Both the position numbers and the translations under genes were made by a program. Shown here piece by piece: positions 21,495-36,200 of a DNA stretch of 64,000 nt (positions are counted from its first letter, which is position 1; every line of letters begins with the position of its first letter). The stretch is from Euglena gracilis. Lineage: Eukaryota. The stretch spans positions 30,074,395 through 30,138,394 of the forward strand of contig CP154954.1 of assembly GCA_039621445.1 (NCBI GenBank), given 5' to 3'. The notes under the pieces are model-generated. The model made no database searches, was not told the origin of the DNA, and saw only the letters and a list, made by a program, of their open reading frames with translations.

Positions 21495-24400
21495 GGGGGG
21501 GGGGGACGAAGGTTAATTATAAGAGTAAGGTTAGGGTGCGTATCAGCATTTTTGTTTTAGCTTGGGGTTACAGACCCACCCAGATAGATTTGGGTGGACC
21601 ATTCAACTTTGGATGATGCCTCACATTGTGTCCCATGCCCCTCCATCAGAGAGAATGGTGCAAACATCAGCAAACATGAGACACGTAACTCATCCACTCA
21701 CTCGCACACACACACACACACAGACACACACACATGGGGAACAATTTATTTTCAAATCACCTTCCATTGGTTAAATTTGAGTAAGAGAAATATTTCCCCT
21801 TCAGAAAAGGGGACCATACACAAAGCTTTGCAGCCCCTCATAGTGGTCCGTGTGGAAGTGGCTGGAAGGGAAGAGGAATGGACAGGGATGGAGTGAAGCT
21901 TGCCATATACCCCCCAGTGCCAATTTCTTGAAGCAAAAAAGACTGAAAATGGAAATGGCGATTTCTGTTGGGTGCTGTGCATAATGGAGTTCTCTGGACA
22001 ACATTTAGGCCGGAATGTCGGCCTAACTTTAGGCCTAAATTGAGCTTAAATTCATTTAGGTCGAAAACGGGGGGGGGGTACCACAGGTGTGGGGCTGCCA
22101 TATAATTTAATTATTTACTAGCAAAAATTATAATTCTCAATAAATTTTTTTGACGCAAAGAGCTGGGAGGAAAAGCTTGACCTTTTGTGAGGAGGAGTCC
22201 CCGGGGGACATCCCCACTCCTCTGCCCACACCCACACCCACCCACATCCACCAGGCTCACACCGCACACTGCACACACACCGCACACTCACACCAACCAG
22301 GCAAATTATCTATTATTTCTTAAGGTGCCTGAAATAAAAACTATTCTTTTTGCCAAAATGCCTTAAGAAATCTTTAAAACTGTTGAAAAATTTGTTCTGG
22401 AAAAATTTTTGAGCAAAAAAGGTCACAAAATCTCTGCAAAAAATCACGCCCAGGAAAAGGTTGCTTTCTGGCATTGCTGGAACATTGTCTATCCTCCCAA
22501 ATCTCAAAAAAAATGTGATTTCTGACTGTTTTGGTTTTCGACCTGTGATAAAGGATGCTATTTGATGGCCCTCGTAAAATGGACGCCTTAAACTTCTGAA
22601 AATTTTTTAAAATCCCTTAAAACACCAGAAAAAACCTTTAAAAAAACACCTCGACAAGCTTCAAAATTTTGGAAAATTTTATCTTCAAAAAGAGCCACAC
22701 ACAGCACACGCACAGATGTACAAATTTCGAAAAACCCAACAAAACTGAAAAAAATCACCTGTACCCGCGAAGGACCAACCGCTCCGCTCTGGCCGGCAGT
22801 AGAGGCGCATGGAGCGGTTGAAGTAGTCGGAGCCCGTGAAGTACAAGAGGGCGAAGGGGAACATGCGCCGGGGGTAGACCTTGAGGTCGAGGCGGCGGTG
22901 GAGGTGGGCGTGGCCGTCGCCGAGGCCCGCCTCCCCCCGGTGTGTGCAGTCGCCGCCAGCCGGCCACTCCCCCGGCCGGGGGGCCCACCAGACGTATCGC
23001 AACTTCGCAGTGATGCGCAAATTTTTTGGGTGATACATATGACGTGAATGTTTGGGGCCCACCGAATGGCTCCCTGTGGGGTAATTTTTGCCTACGGTAT
23101 TGGGACATTTTCTTCCGCTGAAGCCCATGACCTCCGCCGCCGCGGGGGGGGGGGGTTCAATGGAGCGGCGGCTGTGTGCAGCTCAGATGGTCTGTGCAGC
23201 ACGGCACCTGCCAGGGGGGAGGGGCAGTCTGGTTGCACAGGCCCCTCCGGGGTTCGCTCGCTTCTGAACGCTACAGGGAAGGGGCTCGTTCTGCCGTGAA
23301 GAAACCACGGGTGCTGGCAAGACCAACCCCAAATGGACCTTCACCATTTTCGTGCGTTTGGCCTTGGGGAAAATGATTGAAATGCCAACAGCAGTGCAAA
23401 AAAAAAACCCATGCACATTTATGCCTAATTCTCGGAACACAAACAAGCAATTCCTCCACACTCTGGCCCGCCCAGACAAAAGGCTGCTACCAGTCGTACC
23501 ATAATGCGCACCGTTGTTGACGAACTCATATCTGTAATATGCAAGATGTGATATGCACAATATGTGACACCCATATGTGTTCACAACTACCTCAACATGA
23601 TTCGCTTGCTGGTGGGCTGTGATGGAAATGGGCGATTCCCACCAACCCCAAGCTTTGTAGCAAACCGTGCTGCACACTGCCGGCGAACGCTGGTCAAAGC
23701 TGTCGAAGGGGGGCACACCTGACAGACGCCCATGTAGGAGTCCGGGTCGTCGCACACCGCCGACTTCGCGCTGAGCTGCAGGTGGTCCGTCAGGAACCCC
23801 GCCGCGGAGAGGGCCTCCACCAGCAGAGAGAGCAGCCCCTGGTGCACCTTGCCTGCCATGGATATGGCATGTGGTATATGGCATATGGTATGGGGGATCG
23901 GGGACGGGGAGCCCCGGACGCTCATGAACGCTGCGCGGGCAAACAAACATTTATGAAAGAGAAAATGGTTGGAGAGAGGAAACAAATTTGGGGCCAAAAA
24001 TCTACCGTTTGCATACCTGCCCCCCCCGGCAATTGTCACGCGACAAATCGCAGCACGGAGGGGGGTGACAACTTCCCGGGGTGACAATTTGGCCGGCACA
24101 GAGGGGGGTGACAATTGCCCAGGGTCGTCAATTGCCCGGGGGCGTCAATTGCCCACCCATGTAGGCCACATTGAATCCAAAATACCAAGAACACCATCTG
24201 AAACGCCACTGAACACGCAAAAATGCAGCTATGATCGTGATATTGTGAAGAGTGTTTGGTATGTGACATTTCTCAGCAAGCGAAATAGAGGATCAATCGA
24301 GTCGTGTCGGCGAAAAGAAAATTCACAAACATCTTCTGTGGGGGGGGGTGACAATTGGGCAGCACGGAGGGGGGTGACAATTTCCCGGGTGACAAATTGG

Positions 24401-27400
24401 CCGGCACAGCCAGGGGTGACAATTGCCCGGGAGCGTCAATTGCCCCGGGGGGTGGGGGCTGGTAGTTGGCAGTTTGGGGGGGGGGATTTTGTTGTTTCGA
24501 CCCTGGGTCGAAACAGCAAGATTTTTTGCACTTTGTTCCCTCCCTTGGTCGTTCAGTGACGCCCTGATTGCGATTCTTCACAAGAAAATATCCATTTTGG
24601 TTAAAAAAAAGTTCAATTTGAGTGCCAAATTAATCCAACCAACCATAAAGCTGCCACAACTTTATGCTTGGGGTTTCGGGGTCCCAAAACCCCGAAACCC
24701 CAAGAGGGGGAGGGCTGAACATTTGAAGGGATGAAACGTGTTTGAGTGACCTACTTAAATGTGAACTTTATATCAACTCTCTTGGGTTTTCCTCCCATTT
24801 CCCCCTTGAATTGAACATTTTTTTGACCAAAATGGATACGTTCTTGTGAAAAATCGCAATCAGGGTGTCACCGAACGACCCAGTGGGGGGAACAAAATGC
24901 AAAAATTTCTTCTCTTTCGACCTGGGGTCGATAGATTTTTTACCCTACATTTGTCCTCCAGCCATTTTCTGAACAATTCTTACGATTCTTACAATCTTTC
25001 GAACGCCTTCTTAAGGACCCCTGGGGGGTGTCCCGTTGGCCGGCTGGCCAAAAAGTGCTGGCTGGACCCCCCCCCCCTGGGGCTGGGGGTCCAGCCAGGG
25101 ATGTATGGGAAGCCTTGAGGGAGGGGGTCCGGACCTCCCTCCCAACAGGGGGGTGGGGTTGGACCCCCCCCTCCTACCTCGAAGCCGAAGGGGCTGGGAA
25201 AATTTTCAGTTTTGTGGACCGGTAAAAGCCCAGAGACCAAGCCAAAGTTGGTCAAAAAATCCCTGATTTTTCATTGAAAATGAATCCAAAAAAACATTTT
25301 TGGCCATTTTTTGAACCCATTTTCAAAGTTTTTTGGTGCTTTTGTGCCGATTTTTTTTGGTCCATCCTGGCTTTGCCAGGCTGGACCCAACTTTGTTTCA
25401 GCAAACCCGGGGGGGGGGGTCCGCAGCCCCGCTAGGAGGTGTTGGCTGGAAATAAAATGCTGACTGGCTGGACCCCCCTCCCTCCCTGGGGTCCCCTCCG
25501 GCTTAAGAAAACCCTTGCAGGGGGGGATATGCAAAAAAGTCACAAAATATGCAATGCAAAAAATGAAAAAAAAAATGCAAGAAAGTGCAAACAATGCAAA
25601 AAAAAAGTGCAAAGAAACCAGTGCCTTGCACATTATTCACAACTTTCCAGAAAAACCCAAAGAATGCCGGCCTCCAGTTGTTCCCAGCAATCGCCTGCCC
25701 GCCCGGGGTTGCACAAAAAAACAAAAAACGGTTTGCAATTTATCATGAAATGAAGAATGCAAAATTTTCAACACATTGGATTTACACAAAAAAAGAAAAA
25801 TGTGAAACTTGCATTGTTCCCCTTCGAATTGGGGGAGTATGTGGGCGAATCAGACCCCCCTTGGGGGCGAACCAGTTGGTTTAACCAGTTGAATGCACTT
25901 ATGCAACACTGTTAATATGAAATCGGTCCAAAAATGTGCTGTACAACTTCCAGTTGTCTGGTGATACAGCAAGCGCCTGCCCGATTGCCCGGGGAAAAAA
26001 AGAAAAACATGTAAAAAAAAAGCAAAAAAACTGTTTCAAAATTTTTCATTAAGTAAAGAATGCAAATCTTCAACACGTTGGATTACGCAAAAAAAGAAAA
26101 ATGTGAAACTTGCATTGTTCCCTCCTTCTGAATTGGGGGGAGTATGGTGGGCGAAATCAGACCCCCTGGGGACTCCATGCTTGTGGGGGGGTTTATGTTT
26201 GTGGGTTTATTTGGGTTTGGGTTTGCATTTGCTTTTCTGCGCCGTGATGTGTGTGTACAATCACAATTGAGAAAAAAACCTCATCCAAAAATTATTACCA
26301 CCTGAGCTGCTTTCGACATGCATTTTCTTGCAGATTGGACTTCCCCGCATCTTCCCGAAGCCCACTGAGACGTTGCCCGAGGTTGACAATAAACTTGAGA
26401 TTGGGATGATGAAAAAGAAGGATCCCAAAAGAGGCCATTATTGAACTGATTTCGATCCCATTTCGTCCGAGGATTGCAATGTGCAACATCGCCCTCCTCA
26501 TACCCCACAGATGGGTTAAATCTCACCAATGCTTCTAGGTATCAAGCCACTCATAAATCCCAAACTCACCCAATCAGGAGAGGGAGAAACGATGCTTTCC
26601 CTCTGCAACATCTTCTGGCGCTCGAGTCACATGCCGACACACACACCACACCGGTCGGGTCACAGATCAGGATGTCCACGTCCCCGGAGGTGGAGGCCCC
26701 TCGCCGGTACGAGCCGCACACCACCACGTCGAGGGCCGACCGGAGGCGGAGGGCGTGCTCCCTGTGGTGGGGTAACTCAGGGAAGCTGGATGGGCAACCC
26801 ACACCAGAATTCTCATTAAAAAAAAAGGTGGCAGGGGGCAATGCAGTGTGTTGCGCCATATGGGCGATGCCAAAATGAACCACGTGAAACAATTTTTTGA
26901 TGGTAACAAAAACAAAAAAACACCATCTTCTGGTGGCGGTGGCTGCCAGCCATTTCTGCGGGGTTAAATGATTGGCTGTGGTGATGGGGTGCGCGCCGGG
27001 CACACCTGACGGTCGCCTCAATGCGGGCCACCTCGGCCCGGGGGATGCGGCACTGCAGCTCCTCGAAGTACGCCAGCCCCACGCGTTGCTGCGCGGTGAG
27101 GACGTCTGGCCGCCGCCGCAGCTGCTCGATGCTGCGGAACCCCTGGGGGGAGGGGTCAAGCCAGTGCCCCGTGCCGCGGGCCCCTTCTGACTTAGACTGT
27201 CCAAGCCATCTCACTGACAACCCGGGGAGGGGGAGTGCCTTCTGCTGTAGGGTGCCGGCCCATCCCTGGGGGGGGGGCAGGCATGGGAATGGTTTTGGGT
27301 GGGTCAGATCTGACAAATTCTCCACAAGCAGCAAGCCAGAAGCAGCAAACATCATGGAGTGTGCTCACTGGGAGGTCCGGAAGACAGCCGGTGGCGGAAG

Positions 27401-30198
27401 GTCGCACTAAATGCTGGGGTCAGGAGAGGAAACTGGTCCGCAGTCTGCCTGTACCACGACACACCTGAGCAAACAGTTGCTTGCTGGTAGCGGGACCAAC
27501 TCCCCAGATTTTGCCGAACTCCCTGAGAGCGGTCACCTGCCGCGGCAAACCGGTCGGGCAGGGCGGGGCACTGGGACCCAGCACACCTTTCTTCACAGCG
27601 TGGACGCATGCCGCCAACCCATGTTGCGCACCAGCTACCAACCAGTCCCAGGAACGCTGCTTTCGGCCGCTGTGGACCAATGCACTGAATTGGGGGACCC
27701 CCCCCACGTACTTGCCGGGGGGGGGGGGGACCTCCTCATTGCTTTGCAGGGCTTGCAACTTGCGGGACGTCCCCAGCGTCAGGATCTCCTCGACCTTGGC
27801 CGCAATCTTGGGGCCGATGCCCTGCGGACAGCCGCCCACAGCCCCTATCCCATCCAACCTTCTGCGGGAATATCTGTTGCTGCCTGTCGAAACTCGCTGT
27901 ATGGTTTGGTGTTTCATTTGTGCTGGATCCATCTCACTGCGAGAAGACGGTTTCAAAAACCTGTGAAAACAATGCAACAATGTGAGCATTGGCCTGCGCT
28001 GGCCCAGAATTGCACGACAGCAAAAAAAAGAAGACAATGTACTTAAGAACCAGCACTGAATTCTCAAAAAGAGCCAGCACAGAGAAAATGTCACACAAAA
28101 AACCAGGAAATTAAAACAAAATTCAAAGACAATGACCAAAAGCAGACCTTCAGGTGCCGGACGCTGTCCACAGTGATTGGGGCGTCAGCGCGCCGTAGGA
28201 CGCCGATCGCCTTCCCATAGGCGTACTTCCTGCAGTGAAAGTAGGTTGGGCGTTTTCGGTCACAATATCCTCATCTTTGTCTCCCTCACGAACTTGGAAA
28301 ATTCCTGAGTTACTTAAACACACGCACAACACACACACGCAACACACACACTGACACACACACCCACCCACACCCACATCCACACCCACACCCACCCACC
28401 CACCCACACACACACACACACCCACACCCACACCCACACCCACACCCACCCACCCACACCCACACCCACACCCACACCCACACCCACACCCACACCCACA
28501 CCCACACACACGCACGCACGCACGCACGCACACACGCACACACACGCACGCACGCACGCCCGCACGCACGCACACACACACACACACAAACACAACACAA
28601 CACACACCGACACAACACACAACCACAAATAATAAACCCACAGACATCACCCTTTCATGAACACATCACAATAGCACACCTCCAATGGTCACCCGTGTCA
28701 CTGTAGATCTGCTGCAGCTTCGTCAGCTCCTCAATGACGAACTGGTTCACATCCCTGCCGGCCCCGGGTAGCTCCGCACCGCCCTCCTTTGCCTCGTCTC
28801 CCTCTGCGCCGTCCGCCGGGCGCTTCACCCCCCGCTGGCACGCGAAGGGCTTCACCTTCGCGATCCAGTCCCCAGCACGGGTCCTTTTGAAGGTTTTTTT
28901 TAATTCCAACCCCTGTGGTGTTGGCTGTGGTGGGCCAGCTGGGGAATTACTGTCCAGACACCACCGTCAGCACCGGACTTAGCAAGGAAAGGGGAACTGC
29001 AGCGGCAACTGGTGGCTCGCAGCGGCATCCACGTGGGGGTGTATGCGGCGCACACTGCATCTCCGCAGGAATCAAATGCCAACCCTGCGGGGCCTGACGT
29101 GAAAAAAAGGTCCGTGGTCCAACTGGCGCTGTGCTGGGGTACTGCAGCAGGAAAATGCGCGGCTGGCCAATCTGACTTACAATCAACCTCTTGTTGACTC
29201 GACCAAATCACTGATGGGACTCAACCAAATCACTGGCCTGAATCAGCAGTGGCACGCGGAATAAAATAGAAGACACCCATGTATTTTGAAGTGGAATGAG
29301 TGCAGAAATGCGATTGCAATTTAACCCCCCAAATAACTGAGCAAAAATCTAAAAAGATCCCTCCTTGTTGGGAAGAGAAAACTCTAAAAAATAAACTACC
29401 CCTCAAAAGAACTCCTCAAATGAGAACCACCCCATGGAGGATTCCAGCAACGGACCCAAAAATAAGACCTCTGTTTGGGGGGGCACAAAGAAAGCATTCC
29501 AGATGAATGCCTGCAGTTGGATTTGGAACATATATATGCCTGCAATATTTTGGTGGAAACGTGTCCAACAAATGGAAAAGCATTTAAATCCAGAAGAAGA
29601 TTCAGCCAGCACACCCTGGGAGGGTGGAACATGAAACCCTGATATGAGACACCTCCTGATATAAGACATGGCTGAATTTTGGAAACTCCAAAATGAGAAC
29701 GTCTGTCTTTATACTGGAAATACGTCCCCTCGGGTGGTTGTTCAAGAACCCTGTAGGGATGGCCAAAGCGCCGGACACGTTGCATCCCAAACCTTGCTGC
29801 CTGCCCCTCTCCATGACCCCACAAATTCCTTGTCCCCTTTCAGTCGTCAACAATCTCTACCTCTTGGGCTCCTCCTTCACGGTGGTCCGGCCGCCACCGC
29901 CGCTGCCGCCGCCGCTGCTATGATCGGCCACTGGGGTCAAAGGCACGATGGCGGGACAGGACGTCGGCAGGAGCACAGGACAACCATCTCCGCGAGGGCT
30001 TGTCATCAGCGAGGATGCCTGGCGCAAAAAATTCCCTTTTGCACGCATGCGCACGACTCACTCATTCACCTGGACACACATACACACTTGTACGCGCACT
30101 CACCTTCACCAAAACAGCGCGAAAACAACATAGATGCACTGAAATACACACACGCACACACACACCCACCCACCACCCACCCACCCACCCACAACACA

Positions 30199-30281
<83 letters not shown>

Positions 30282-33200
30282 GTGCGCACAAGAGAGTTCG
30301 CAATATCTGGATGTTGGATGCATTGGGAAGCCATTTTTTCCTTTGCCTTCCATTTGTTGAATGTCTATTCTGCATACTCATTCGTCTTGTGTCACTTTAC
30401 ATCACCCATTGGGAGCACAAGAAATGCAATCCACCCGACTGCACCTCCAGGCATCACCGTCTCTCCTCCTTCGCACTGGCTCCCTCACCCTTCTGAGGCG
30501 CCATGCCGAAGAACACCGGCACGAAGCCCCCGGCCGCCTCCAGCTCGTCCTGGCGGCGGAGGGCGCCTGCGCGGCAGGCGAGGCAGCCCCCCCCCCCCTG
30601 GGCCCACTGCTGCCCGCTCACTGGCAGCCGGCGTCCCTTTTCGTCCGGGCCTTGGCCCAATGCATCCACCAGGCGTGGGGGCTGGGTGGACCTCCGCCGA
30701 CGGATGAGCAGCGGCCATCGCTACACAAACGGCCTTGCATCGTTGTCGGCACGGATGCGCTTTGCACGGGGTACCTTTGGGCCGAAAATACCGCCTGCGC
30801 AAATGCATGCATGTTGTTTTACTGTTCTGTGCATATTGTTTAAGAAGAGGAAAGCGGTGAAACAAGAGCAATAAATCATCTCACCTCCCAATCCGAATTT
30901 GGGCTGCTGGCTGGATTTCAGTTGCTGGCTGGCTGGACCCCCCCCCCCCCTAGGTGCACTAAGGCTTCTTGTCTGTTTATGGCCGGCGCTAACTTCGCTT
31001 CTGGCCCAGTTTGCTGCCTGGCCGGACCCCCCCCCCCCCGGGAAGGGTCCCCTCCGGCTTAAGAAAACCCCTGGGGTCCGGCCCCAGACCTACCCCTGGG
31101 GGGGGGTCTTCTGACTTAAAAAGATGGCTGGTGGCAGATCCCCTCTTCCTATCATGAAGTGTGAGGTGTCTCTCCACCGTGACCGATTTTTGTCTCGTCA
31201 CGAGGCGGCGGAAGGCAGATTTTGCCCGGCCGAAATACAATTTAGGGCATTTTTCCGGAAAAATTTTGGTCAGAAATCCGTTAATTTTTTCGACACGAAG
31301 CGGTGGAAGGTAAACTTTGACCTTTTTGGGGACCTCCTTGGAGTTGGACGTGGCTTGGCAAATTTGGGAAGGGAGGGAACTACACAAAGTGTCCACAGCC
31401 CGGCGCTGCGATGCGGGGGATGACACACTGCTGGAGGATGACTGTGCCGGAGCCGTCAGCATCTTTGTGTCTGCCTTTGCCGGGGCCGGCGGCGGCAGCA
31501 GAGCCGTTCGTTGGTGAGTCGGAGGCGCGGCCACGACCTCAATGTACGTCAACAAGACCGGGCTTCTCCAATGTTGGGTGTGGGGTGGAGGTGGGGAATG
31601 TCCCACAATCCCACTGCTGTCTTTCTCCGTTGCTACCTCTCTCCTTCTCTCTTTCCACTGTGTCCCCTGGGATGGGACACATTTTGGGCAACTTTCACCC
31701 CACGACCAGGCAGGCACTGACTCCCCCCCTGGGGGGGGGGGGTAGTGCCTGCCTGCCCAGGCACTGGAGGGCACGTCCGAGACCCTTCTCCCCCGAGGTG
31801 ACAACTAAGCATCCCAGGATACTTCAAATGTGTTTTTCTGGGTTTCTGGTGCCTTCTGCGCTTTGGGCACCTTAGAGTGCCTGCCCACAGGCACCCCCCC
31901 CCGCCTTAAAACTCATCCTGGAGCCCGCTGATACAGGGCATCCCCTCGGGGGGGGGGGGCAGCTGGGTTTGCGTCCTGGCCCCGAACCCACCCAGCCAAT
32001 TTCTCGGTGAAAGTGACCCTTTTCTGCTCTTGAACTACGCACCCCAAAACCACTCCCCCCACTCCCCAGATAATGCCCTACTCTCCTACCGGCCTGCCCA
32101 TAGCACTCCCCCTTGGGGCAACCATGCCATTGCTCACCGACCACAGGGGGAGGGATCACTTTCCACAGGCAGTAACTCCCAAAGAAAACAGTCCAACACC
32201 CCGGGGGGGTGCTGGACCCATCTTCACAATGGTATGGGTGCAACCTCAACCTTAAAAAAAGCCTCACCCGCGCATCACGGCGCCATTTGGACACACAAAT
32301 GCCCATGTGGACGTTTGCCTGAATGGTGGGGACGGAGGGGGACCCCAGCAGCGGCCCCGGCCCTGAGTGGCGGGGGGTCTGCTGCCGGGCCGGCCGGCGT
32401 GGCGTAGCGCGCCTCCGCCTGGGCCTCGCCGGCCAGCACGCTGGCGGAGACCCACTCCGGGGTCACCCGCTGCACGGCGGCCGGCCACCCCGGGGCCGGG
32501 GGCCTGCGGAGGTGGGGCAGGGCCACTGTGGTTCCCTGCGGTGGGGAAGGAAAGCCGCCGCATGGCCGGTGGGGGGGGGGGGGCAGTGTGGGAACATGGC
32601 AAACCGCTTGAACAGTGCTGGCCGCGAAATAACCTCAGGCGGTGCATTTCGCGCTGAAAGAATTTTTCTTTGTCGATGTGGGCAAATGCCCAAATGGACA
32701 TTTTTTTTTGAAAAAGACATCACCTGACCCCCAAATACCCAAAAATGCAGGGTGTGATGTTATGCCCCAGGACGCGGAGATGGAAATGAGGACTTTGCAG
32801 TAGGGTGTCAAAGAGCAGGTGCAACCACAGCATACGGGGTGCATGACACCCACCATGCGTGTTTGGGAATCCTCTGATTGCTGCCTCATCAACTTGAGAT
32901 ATTGCCGGAAAGATTTGGTGAGGTGTGCCTCAGCCTGAAACGATGCCCCCAAATTTTGACTTACGGAGGATTCAAAATAGATGTGCGCATTTGTGCAAAT
33001 GCGCACTTGCACACATCGACCATTTGTGTAGATAAGTAAACGGGCTGTATGTGCAGCCAAAATTGGTGTGTATGAAAATTGAAAAAGTGGTTGGTTTGCG
33101 CAGATACGCAAACAGTGTGTTTGGTCGGTTTGCACATCTGCGCACACCAACCATTTGTGCAATTTCACACACGTGCCATTTAAAGGGTGCGGCATTACTG

Positions 33201-36200
33201 CAACTTGAAAATCCAGAATAAAGAAATAAACAACAAAAAGACCAGCCTTTTGGCCCAAATTTGGGCATTGGCAATTCAGCCTGTGAAAAACCATTTTTGG
33301 CTTCTGAAACATCAAAATAAACGGCACTTACAGGTTACATCTTGAAAATTTGAGGTTAGAAGTGCCCTTCACCCAGTATTTTCATCCGAAAATGAGGCAC
33401 AGTACATTAGCTGAACATGGATGTGTCAGTATACTTGAAAATCTTCGTGTTAAGTGGGTTAGAAAATGCAACACCCTGACACGCTTTTTTGACTTTCTCA
33501 GACATACCACACAACACCACCGCTTTGAGCACAACACCTCCACACACTGCTCTCTTCCTGTCTCCAGTCTTCTCTTGTCTCAGAAGTCCCCAAAGCTTCG
33601 AAATTCATAAATTTTGGCCACTTGTGTAATTGAGCAAATCAACCATTTTAAAGGTTGATGTGGGCAATTGCGCACGCCAACCACCCAAATACCATCCATA
33701 TTCAGAAGAGGGGGTCAAGCACCATAGGAATACAGGAGAGGTAATATCACAAATTCATCGCATTCATTTTCCAGCTCCAAACAGCTGGCATAGAAGGCTC
33801 TGGTTGGCTTTAAAATGGTCGGTGTGCGCAAATGCACACACCGACGTCATTTTCGCTCATCAGTGGGGAATTGATAGATAACTTGCCAGCTAATTCAACA
33901 AACACCTGGTGGCTGTCCTCCTGTCTTCTGTATCCCCTAATCAACCACCGGGGGCAGAGTTCTTTCTAGCAGTTCATTGTATCTGTTGAGTGTGAACTTC
34001 CTCCACAACGTGCCGCAAAACTTCAGAAAGCAAGCAAAGGGGTGAACCTGCCACCCCACCTCCAGAACGCCACCTGGGGTTGGCAGTCGTCACGCAGGAA
34101 ATGGGGGGTGAACTGGGGTTTTTGTGCAGGTTCTCACTTTGGGGGGCTCGCTCCAGGGAGTTTCACACCCTCCAACCACGCAAAAACCGTCAAATTACCG
34201 GGAGTGCCAGGACCAAAAATGACAATTCAATTCGCTCGGATCTTGACAAATCGTGCTTCCTCCCACTCAAAGTTCTGGTAATGCCGGTGCCAAAATCAAA
34301 CTTTTCGATATGTGCGAAACTGCACACACCTACCAAAAAAAGCTTAAGTGCGAGATGAGTTGTGCCACAAATACCGAAAATTTTGATTTAAATTCAAAGA
34401 ATGCACACATATTATGTGATGTGTCTTCTTCATTTTGCTAAATACAAAAAAATTTGGAGTAGATCACCATTTGGGAGGTGGTGTCTGCATAAAATGTGCT
34501 TAAAACAGCACCACCAGAATTAAAACAGAACAGAATGCAATGGATGGCAAAATATTTTTTTTACCATCCATTGCATTCTGTTCTGTTTAAATTCAGGTGG
34601 TGCTTTTTTAAGCACATTTTATGAAGACACCACCTGATGCACTCCGAAAATTTTTTACTTAAGACAAACTATACAAATTCGTTTTGACCTTTTTCCAAAG
34701 CCAGGAAAAAAAGCAAAGTGCGCAAATACAAGCAAACTGTGGAAATGGCCGTGCCTGGGCTGTTGAGCTCTAACCCTTGATGGGAAGAGCGAAGCTTACT
34801 CCTGGGGAAAGGGGGGAGCTCCCCCCCCTCTAGGCCTGTACAAATCAAGGTTTCCGGTATGACTTCTGGACTTCTGGAAGTTGTCTTGTAGGTAAATATC
34901 TCATATGGTCCCAGCAACCCTAAAAAACCCTATATTAATCCTAATTCTGCGTCCAGTCCGAGTTACGCCAGTTTTTTTGAGCCAAAAAACGGTACTGTAA
35001 AACAGCAAAAACTGCCACTACTGCCAGCAAAAAAAATGTATTTTGGACCAACTTCCCAGGGTTGCCAAGTCATCAAAAGGGCCTGTTAAGAGAATTCAAG
35101 GCCGTTCAATCTAACCGTACCTGGCTTTCCTGGTAACTCCATGGCCATCACAATCATAGCCCATAATCCACAGCCCCTTTTTTGACAAGTTTTTCAGCGA
35201 TTTTTTTGGCCCAAATACAGGCCAAAATAATACACACACACAAACTTGAAAATATCTCGAAAACGAATCAAAATCAAAAGGAAGAATTCTTAAGGTCAAT
35301 TGAAGCCCTTGAACCCCCGCTCGAACGGTATCTTGACTTCCCAGCAACTCCTCACCTGGCCTGAGACATGGTCAATTTACGCCCCAACACAGCGCTGCAG
35401 GCTTCCAAGTCTGCTGTTTTCGGCCATTCTGGGGTAAAAAAAAAACTCGATTCCTCAATTTTTTTTCGAAAATGATGGGGAATAAAAGGAAATGTCTTAA
35501 CCCAAAATACATATGGGCATAGAAACGCCCCATGACACAAGAAATGGAAATTTTTAGACCAATTTTGGGCCGCTTTTCGGGCCCAAAAAATCGGGTAATG
35601 CCAAAGGTCTCAAAAATAATATATAAATAAAATAAAGCGAAAATGTCAAAGCAATCAATCAATCAAATGTCAAAAATCAAGCAAAATGTCTGGCTGGGGT
35701 GTGCAAGACCGGGTCTCGGCGGGCCAGGCCGTCTGGCCAGGCCAGACCGACAGCCGGGCCGGGCCGAGCCAGTCGGTCTGCCAGGGGCCGATGGGCAACA
35801 GGGCTAACGACCGGGCATGTTGCTTTTCGAAACAAAGAGCCGGAACAAATTAAAACCTGGTAAAGAACACCCTACGGCCAGATGGTCCAGGCCATACAAC
35901 GTTTGGAGGGCAGACTTGCTGAGGCAGGTGATGACGTGGGTGGTGTCCCCCTGCACCGCGGCCTGCACCACACCCCCGTGCTTCTGGACCAGGCTGGAGG
36001 GGGCCCCGGGCACCAGGCAGGGCGGCCACCCACTTGGTATGCTCTGCCCGCAGGGGGGGGCCCGGGGCCCGGCGCACAGCATCTGGGCCCGCCGCTTCCC
36101 CATCGCCCGGCCCTCTGCCTCCACCACCATCCGCAGCCCGGCGAACGGCCGCTTCGCTGCCGCAGGCGGTGGCGCAGCGGCGGCCGATTGCCGGTCGGCG

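Noticed and set aside
22942-23210. Possible 10-nt micro-exon (GTGCCGTGCT) followed by a non-conventional intron
   Set aside because: Two alternative 5' borders are plausible and cannot be resolved without cDNA.
28150-28650. VC/HT-rich ORFs here and at 36.5-37, 38.4-39.1 and 57.2-58.1 kb
   Set aside because: They are translations of CA/GT microsatellites, apart from short true exons they overlap.
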